Shown piece after piece: positions 59,440 through 64,000 of a stretch of DNA of 64,000 bases; the stretch's first letter is position 1; each line of letters opens with the position of its first letter. Both the position numbers and the translations under genes were made by a program. Source of the DNA: an uncultured Bacillota bacterium (lineage in GTDB: Bacteria; Sysuimicrobiota; Sysuimicrobiia; Sysuimicrobiales; Segetimicrobiaceae); contig CAWDRG010000013.1 in the NCBI GenBank assembly GCA_963804645.1, positions 30,314 through 94,313 on the forward strand. The letters are read 5' to 3'. A model generated the notes under the pieces. The model had not been told where the DNA came from, ran no database searches, and saw only the letters and a program-made list of their open reading frames with translations.

Positions 59440-60588
59440 CTAGTGTACCCCTCCGTGGACATCTGTCAACCGCCCAAGCAGCTCCGGCCAGCCCACCACT
59501 CGGCTCCCGGTAATCGCCGACGGGCGAAACGCCCGATACCCGAGCGTGTACGTGGCGCTGAACGTCAGGCCGATCGGCAGGCCGCTGTTGTTCGTGGCGG
59601 TGTAGTTGAGGCACACCGGCGCCGGCATCGAGTCCAGCCGGGGCAGCGTGCCGACCAGGCGGCGCATCGTCGTCGCGTCCACGCTGGCAAACGCCGCCGG
59701 ACTCTCGAGCGGGGCGCCCTTGTCCCACGACAGCCAGACCACGACGCGGAGTCCGCCCTCGACCGACACGTCCACGCCCACGTCGCTCAGCAGTGCCGCG
59801 TGCGGCGGCGGCGGCACGCAGACGGCGCCGAGCACGTCGCGGTGGCTGTGCGGGCCGATCCCCGGGCTCGCGAAGTTGATCGGCACGGGCGCCGGCGCGG
59901 TCAGCGGCAGCGCGAGCGGCGCCGCGGTGGCCAGGGCGGTCGCGGCCCGCTGGAGGAGCGCCCGTCCGACATCGATCGGGACTGCGAGGTTGAAGTTCTG
60001 CGCCCCCTCGACGGAGGCGTCCACGATTCCAATTACCTTGCCGTCGAGCGTCAGCACCGGACCGCCGCTGTCACCCGGGTTGACCGCGGCGTCAATCTGA
60101 ATGTAGCCGTCGTCCGTGTGCACCACGCTGATGATCCCTTGGTTGACCGTCACCGTGGGGTGATCGAGTTGCGCCAGCGGATAGCCCACGACCACGACCC
60201 CGGCGCCGGCCTGCAGCGACGCCGCGTCGCCGAGCGCGAGCGGGGTGGGTCCGGGGTGGGCGAGACTCGGCACGCGGAGCACGGCGGCGTCGTGCACCGT
60301 GTCGATCGCGATCACGTCGGCGCCGAGCGGCGGGTGGTCCGGCAGCCGCACGGAGATCTGCTCCGCGAGCGCGACGACGTGGAGCGCCGTGAGCAGGATC
60401 CCGTCGGAATCAACGACGAACGCCGTACCGGTATCGATCGGCTGACCGCCGCGCTGCTGCGCCACCACGAGCGCCACCGCCGGCGTCACCTTGCCGAGGA
60501 GCGGTGCGAGGTTCTCAGGCTGGGAAAACCCGGCCGGGGTCGCGAGAAGCACCAAACCCACCGCTAGAACAACACTCCACCGCCGCAC
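59440..60588 (-). CDS. Exported trypsin-like (S1C) serine protease without PDZ, with an unrecognised C-terminal domain
   Basis: Signal peptide; triad motifs TALHVV, HDAAVL, NPGDSGGP; QIDAAVN. Confidence 0.85.
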   Translation of the reverse strand: MRRWSVVLAVGLVLLATPAGFSQPENLAPLLGKVTPAVALVVAQQRGGQPIDTGTAFVVDSDGILLTALHVVALAEQISVRLPDHPPLGADVIAIDTVHDAAVLRVPSLAHPGPTPLALGDAASLQAGAGVVVVGYPLAQLDHPTVTVNQGIISVVHTDDGYIQIDAAVNPGDSGGPVLTLDGKVIGIVDASVEGAQNFNLAVPIDVGRALLQRAATALATAAPLALPLTAPAPVPINFASPGIGPHSHRDVLGAVCVPPPPHAALLSDVGVDVSVEGGLRVVVWLSWDKGAPLESPAAFASVDATTMRRLVGTLPRLDSMPAPVCLNYTATNNSGLPIGLTFSATYTLGYRAFRPSAITGSRVVGWPELLGRLTDVHGGVH

Positions 60589-60689
60589 CGTCTCGCACCT
60601 CGCCGAGCTGTTCTGTGGTGGATTGCACGCGCGGACCGAGCTCTCCTGCCGCGCAGGGCGGCGCCGCACGGTCCCAGAATACGCTCGCA

Positions 60690-62192
60690 ATGCCGCCGAT
60701 GGGCTCCGCCCGCCCCGCCAGCTGGGCCGCGCTCGCGGCGTGCGTCGCCGTCGCGTTCGGGCTGTGGCAGGCCTGGCAGATCACTACCGCACCGTTCCCC
60801 TCGCGCTACGACTACGACGAGGGCGTCTACGCGGAGACGGCGGCGGCCGCGGCCCGGGGCGCCCGCCTCTACGCCGACGTGTTCCTAAGCCAGCCTCCCG
60901 CGCTGATCGCGGCCGTGCGCGCGGCCTACCGCCTCGGCGGAGAGACGCTCGCGGCGGCGCGCGCGGTCCCGCTCCTCGCCTCGCTGCTCTGGCTCACTGC
61001 GCTGTTCGCCATCCTCGCTGCGGCCGGGCGTCCGCGCGCGGGCGTGCTGGCCGCCTGCGCCGCTGCGGGCAACACCGCGTTCGCGACCGGCGCGCACACC
61101 GTCCAGATGGATGTGCCGAGCGAGGCGCTGGCGGCCGCCGCGGTGGCTGCTGCCCTGGTCGCGTGCCGCGGCAGGACGGTCTTCTGGGTGCTCGCGGGTG
61201 CGGCGCTCGGACTCGCCGCGCTCACCAAGTTCACGGCGCTCGTCACCGTCGTGCCGGTGGCATGCCTCGCCGCGGCCGGGCACGCCGCTGCCGCCGGGCC
61301 GGCTCGGGCGCCGCGAGCGCCGTGGATCACCGCCGCCGCGCTCGCGCTCGGCGCGGCTGCGGCCGCCCTCCCCTTCCTGCCCGCGATCGCCTCACCGCGA
61401 TTCATCGCGGACACCGTACGCTTCCACCTCGACGCCGCGCGCGCGATCGGGTCCGCGCCGCTCCCGCACCTCATCGCCGTGTCCCGCTTTCTTGCCGCGT
61501 CCTGGCCGCTGACCGCCGCCGCGGCGCTCGGGGTATGGACCGCGCGGGGCGGCGCGGCGCCGGGCCCAGACCGAGTGCCGCCGCGTCCGATCTGGGCGTG
61601 GTGGATCCCGATGACATGGCTCCTCGCCGAGACGGCGGCGCTCGCGGCGATCACACCGCTGTGGCCGCACCATCTCGTCCTGCTGCTGTCCCCCCTCGCG
61701 CTCCTGGCCGGCACCGGCACTGACGCCGCGATCACGGCCGCGAGCCGCTCGACCCGGACCGTCCCGGCCGCGGTCGCCGTGCTGTGCGTCGCGGCGTACC
61801 TCGCCGCGGGCGTGCCCGACAGTCTCCAGCCGGACCATTCCGCGGCCCTGCGCCGCGCCGCGGATGTGCTCGCGCGGCGCGTGTCCCCGCGCGGCGACGT
61901 GCTGACCGACGATCCCCTCATCCCGTTTCTCGCGGGCCGACGCGTACCCCCCGAGCTGATCGACACCTCGGCAGCACGAATTGCGGCCCGCGCACTGGAG
62001 GAGGCACAGCTCGACGCCTCGCTGTCGGACTCAGACGTTCAGGCGGTGTTGCTGTGGCGGGGAACCTTCGCGCGCGCGTTCCCAGGGTTTGTGGCGCGCG
62101 CGACCGTCACGTTCCCGATCGCGGCACTCGCGGACGGCGACCGGCGTCTGCTCCTGAAGCGCCTCAGGCGCGACCGCGCGCCGCTCCCCTGA
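60690..62192 (+). CDS. GT-C fold membrane glycosyltransferase (ArnT/GT39-like)
   Basis: YDYDEGVY, LYADVFLSQPP, GLAALTK, WPHH; many TM segments. Confidence 0.82.
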   Translation: MPPMGSARPASWAALAACVAVAFGLWQAWQITTAPFPSRYDYDEGVYAETAAAAARGARLYADVFLSQPPALIAAVRAAYRLGGETLAAARAVPLLASLLWLTALFAILAAAGRPRAGVLAACAAAGNTAFATGAHTVQMDVPSEALAAAAVAAALVACRGRTVFWVLAGAALGLAALTKFTALVTVVPVACLAAAGHAAAAGPARAPRAPWITAAALALGAAAAALPFLPAIASPRFIADTVRFHLDAARAIGSAPLPHLIAVSRFLAASWPLTAAAALGVWTARGGAAPGPDRVPPRPIWAWWIPMTWLLAETAALAAITPLWPHHLVLLLSPLALLAGTGTDAAITAASRSTRTVPAAVAVLCVAAYLAAGVPDSLQPDHSAALRRAADVLARRVSPRGDVLTDDPLIPFLAGRRVPPELIDTSAARIAARALEEAQLDASLSDSDVQAVLLWRGTFARAFPGFVARATVTFPIAALADGDRRLLLKRLRRDRAPLP

Positions 62193-62250
62193 CGGGGATC
62201 CACACGTCGACGCCGCCATCACGCGTCTCGTACGCGGCGCGGACGCGCCG

Positions 62251-62460
62251 TCAGGCCTTCTTTCCCGCCCGGTCGGCGGCCGAGAAACTGTTCGTCTTGT
62301 GGGATCCGTCGCAAAACGGCTTGCGCGCGGAGTGACCGCAGCGGCACAGCCAGACGGTTTCTTTCGTCTCCCAGGCATTCCCGTCTGCGTCAACCAACCG
62401 CACCGCACCCACCACCTGGTACGGCCCGTGGTCCGTGGGGGTAATCTTCACGTCTGCCAT
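62251..62460 (-). CDS. CDGSH iron-sulfur domain protein
   Basis: HGPY, LCRCGHSARKPFCDGSH; GAGGAGGG SD. Confidence 0.95.
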   Translation of the reverse strand: MADVKITPTDHGPYQVVGAVRLVDADGNAWETKETVWLCRCGHSARKPFCDGSHKTNSFSAADRAGKKA

Positions 62461-62578
62461 ATCGCACCCTCCTCTGATCCCAACTGTTGCTGTACGCTCC
62501 TTATCCGCCGCGGCACGCCTTCCCCACCACGCAAGCCGCACCCTCGCATACGAGCGGTGTCGGCATCCTGCCGGCAGA

Positions 62579-63373
62579 TCAGGTGGGCCAGAATCCCATC
62601 CGCCGGGCGCCCTCCACGATTGCCTTCGTGTACGGGTGCTGCGGCGCGGCAAACAGCTGCCGCGTCTCCGCCGCCTCCACGATGTGCCCGCCGCGCATCA
62701 CGTGCACCAGGTCGGCCATCTGCGCCACGATGCCGAGGTCGTGCGTGATCAGCAGGAGCGACATCCCGAGCTCGTCCTGGAGCCGGTCAAGCAGATCCAG
62801 GATCTGCGCCTGGACGGTCACGTCGAGCGACGCGGTCGGCTCGTCGGCGATCAAGAGCGTCGGCCCCGGCGCGATCGCCGCGGCGATCAGCACCCGCTGG
62901 CGCTGCCCGCCGGACAGCTCGTGCGGGTATCGCCGCAGCAGCGACGGGTCGAGGCCCACCCGCTGCAGCGCCTCGGTGGCGCGCTCGCGCGCGCCCTTGC
63001 GGCCGAGGTGGGCCACGATGCCCTCCATCACCTGATCCCCGATCGACATCACGGGATCGAGCGCCGAGGAGGGTTCCTGGAAGATCATCGCGACGCGCCG
63101 GCCGCGTACGGCCGAGAGCGCCCGTTCGGACATCGGCACCAGGTCGACGCCGTCGAGCAGGATGCGCCCGGCGGTGATTTTCGCGTCGACCGGAAACAGC
63201 CGGAGCACCGCGTACGCCGTCATGGACTTCCCGGCGCCGCTCGCCCCGACCAGCGCCGCGGTCTTGCCGGCCGGCACGTCGAGTGAGACGTCGTTGAGGA
63301 CCGGGAGGTCGCCCGAGGGCCGTGTCAGTGAGACACTGAGCCCCTCGATCTTCAGCTCCCCGGCGCCGGCCAC
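62579..63373 (-). CDS. Oligopeptide/dipeptide-type ABC transporter ATP-binding protein
   Basis: GASGAGKS, MIFQEP, YPHELSGGQRQR, IADEPT, PQHPYT. Confidence 0.93.
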   Translation of the reverse strand: MAGAGELKIEGLSVSLTRPSGDLPVLNDVSLDVPAGKTAALVGASGAGKSMTAYAVLRLFPVDAKITAGRILLDGVDLVPMSERALSAVRGRRVAMIFQEPSSALDPVMSIGDQVMEGIVAHLGRKGARERATEALQRVGLDPSLLRRYPHELSGGQRQRVLIAAAIAPGPTLLIADEPTASLDVTVQAQILDLLDRLQDELGMSLLLITHDLGIVAQMADLVHVMRGGHIVEAAETRQLFAAPQHPYTKAIVEGARRMGFWPT

Positions 63374-63389
63374 CTCGGGGCCGGCACGA

Positions 63390-64000
63390 TCAGTCCTGCC
63401 CGAGCTGACGTCGGCGCGGAAACCGCTGCTCGAACATCAGATACATCAACGGGATGACGAGCAGGGTCAGCAGCGTCGACACCGAGAGGCCGCCGATCAC
63501 GGCCCGGGCGAGCGGCATGTTCGTCTCCGCGCCCTCGCCCATGCCGATCGCCATGGGAATCATGCCGCACACCGTCGCGATCGCGGTGATCAAAATCGGC
63601 CGGAGCCGGATCCGGCCAGCCCGCATCATCGCGTCATCGGGGGGACATCCCCTCCTGCTGCTTGTTCGCGTAGTCGACGAGCAGGATGCCGTTGCTCACG
63701 ACGATGCCGATCATCATGATCACGCCCATGAAGGGGATGATCGACAGCGTCGTGTGCGTCAGCAAGCAGCATCCAGATCACGCCGATGAACCCGAGCGGC
63801 ACCGTGAACATGATCACGAACGGGTCCACGAGCGACTGGAACTGGGAGGCCATGATCATGTACACGAGCATCAGGGCCATGATCAAGGCGAAGCCGAGGC
63901 TCGAGAACGCGGCCGACTGGGCTTGGGTCTGCCCGGCCATGTGATACGTGAAGCCCACGGGGAACGGCGTCTGGTTGAGCTCCGCGGCGATATCGTCCGA
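63390..64000 (-). CDS. RND (AcrB-family) efflux transporter C-terminus, partial, with two 1-nt frameshifts
   Basis: LVYMIMASQFQSLVDPF, GIVVSNGILLVD and RLRPILIT...PLARAVIGGL spread over three frames; shifts near 63765 and in GGGGGG at 63639-63644. Confidence 0.88.

Noticed and set aside
59126..59440. Known metal riboswitch (M-box, yybP-ykoY, NiCo) in the NRAMP leader
   Set aside because: Their conserved sequence motifs could not be found by eye, so the region is reported as an unknown structured leader.

Overview
High-GC bacterial chromosomal segment. The lineage is probably Terrabacteria, inferred from a Gram-positive-type LexA box and SigH-like promoters. It carries catabolic and transport genes (peptide, sulfonate/nitrate-type and sugar ABC systems, M24 peptidases, amidase, amidohydrolase, SDRs, FAD oxidases, MFS, an NRAMP-related transporter) and a core block: lexA, hflX, dapL, miaA, mutS, mutL, with miaB further on. 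The most striking structure is three insertion sequences stacked head-to-tail at one 8-9 bp target, TTCGGCGA(A), which overlaps the left half of the SOS box in the lexA promoter. Two are diverged copies of a two-gene element (small Cys/His protein plus overlapping DDE transposase) and the third is IS256-family. Other notable items: a structured leader with a Pro-containing uORF ahead of an NRAMP-related (probable Mg2+) transporter; a HEPN-motif protein with Arg-rich tails heading the miaA-dapL-hflX run; a recurrent SigH-like promoter 9 nt before SD-less start codons; an IS5-family element in a CTAG stop codon; a decayed HigBA pair; an unannotated FAD-oxidoreductase pseudogene. Several 1-nt indels in short G/C runs look like long-read assembly errors. 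No rRNA, tRNA or CRISPR array was seen. All family assignments come from motif recognition, not database searches.
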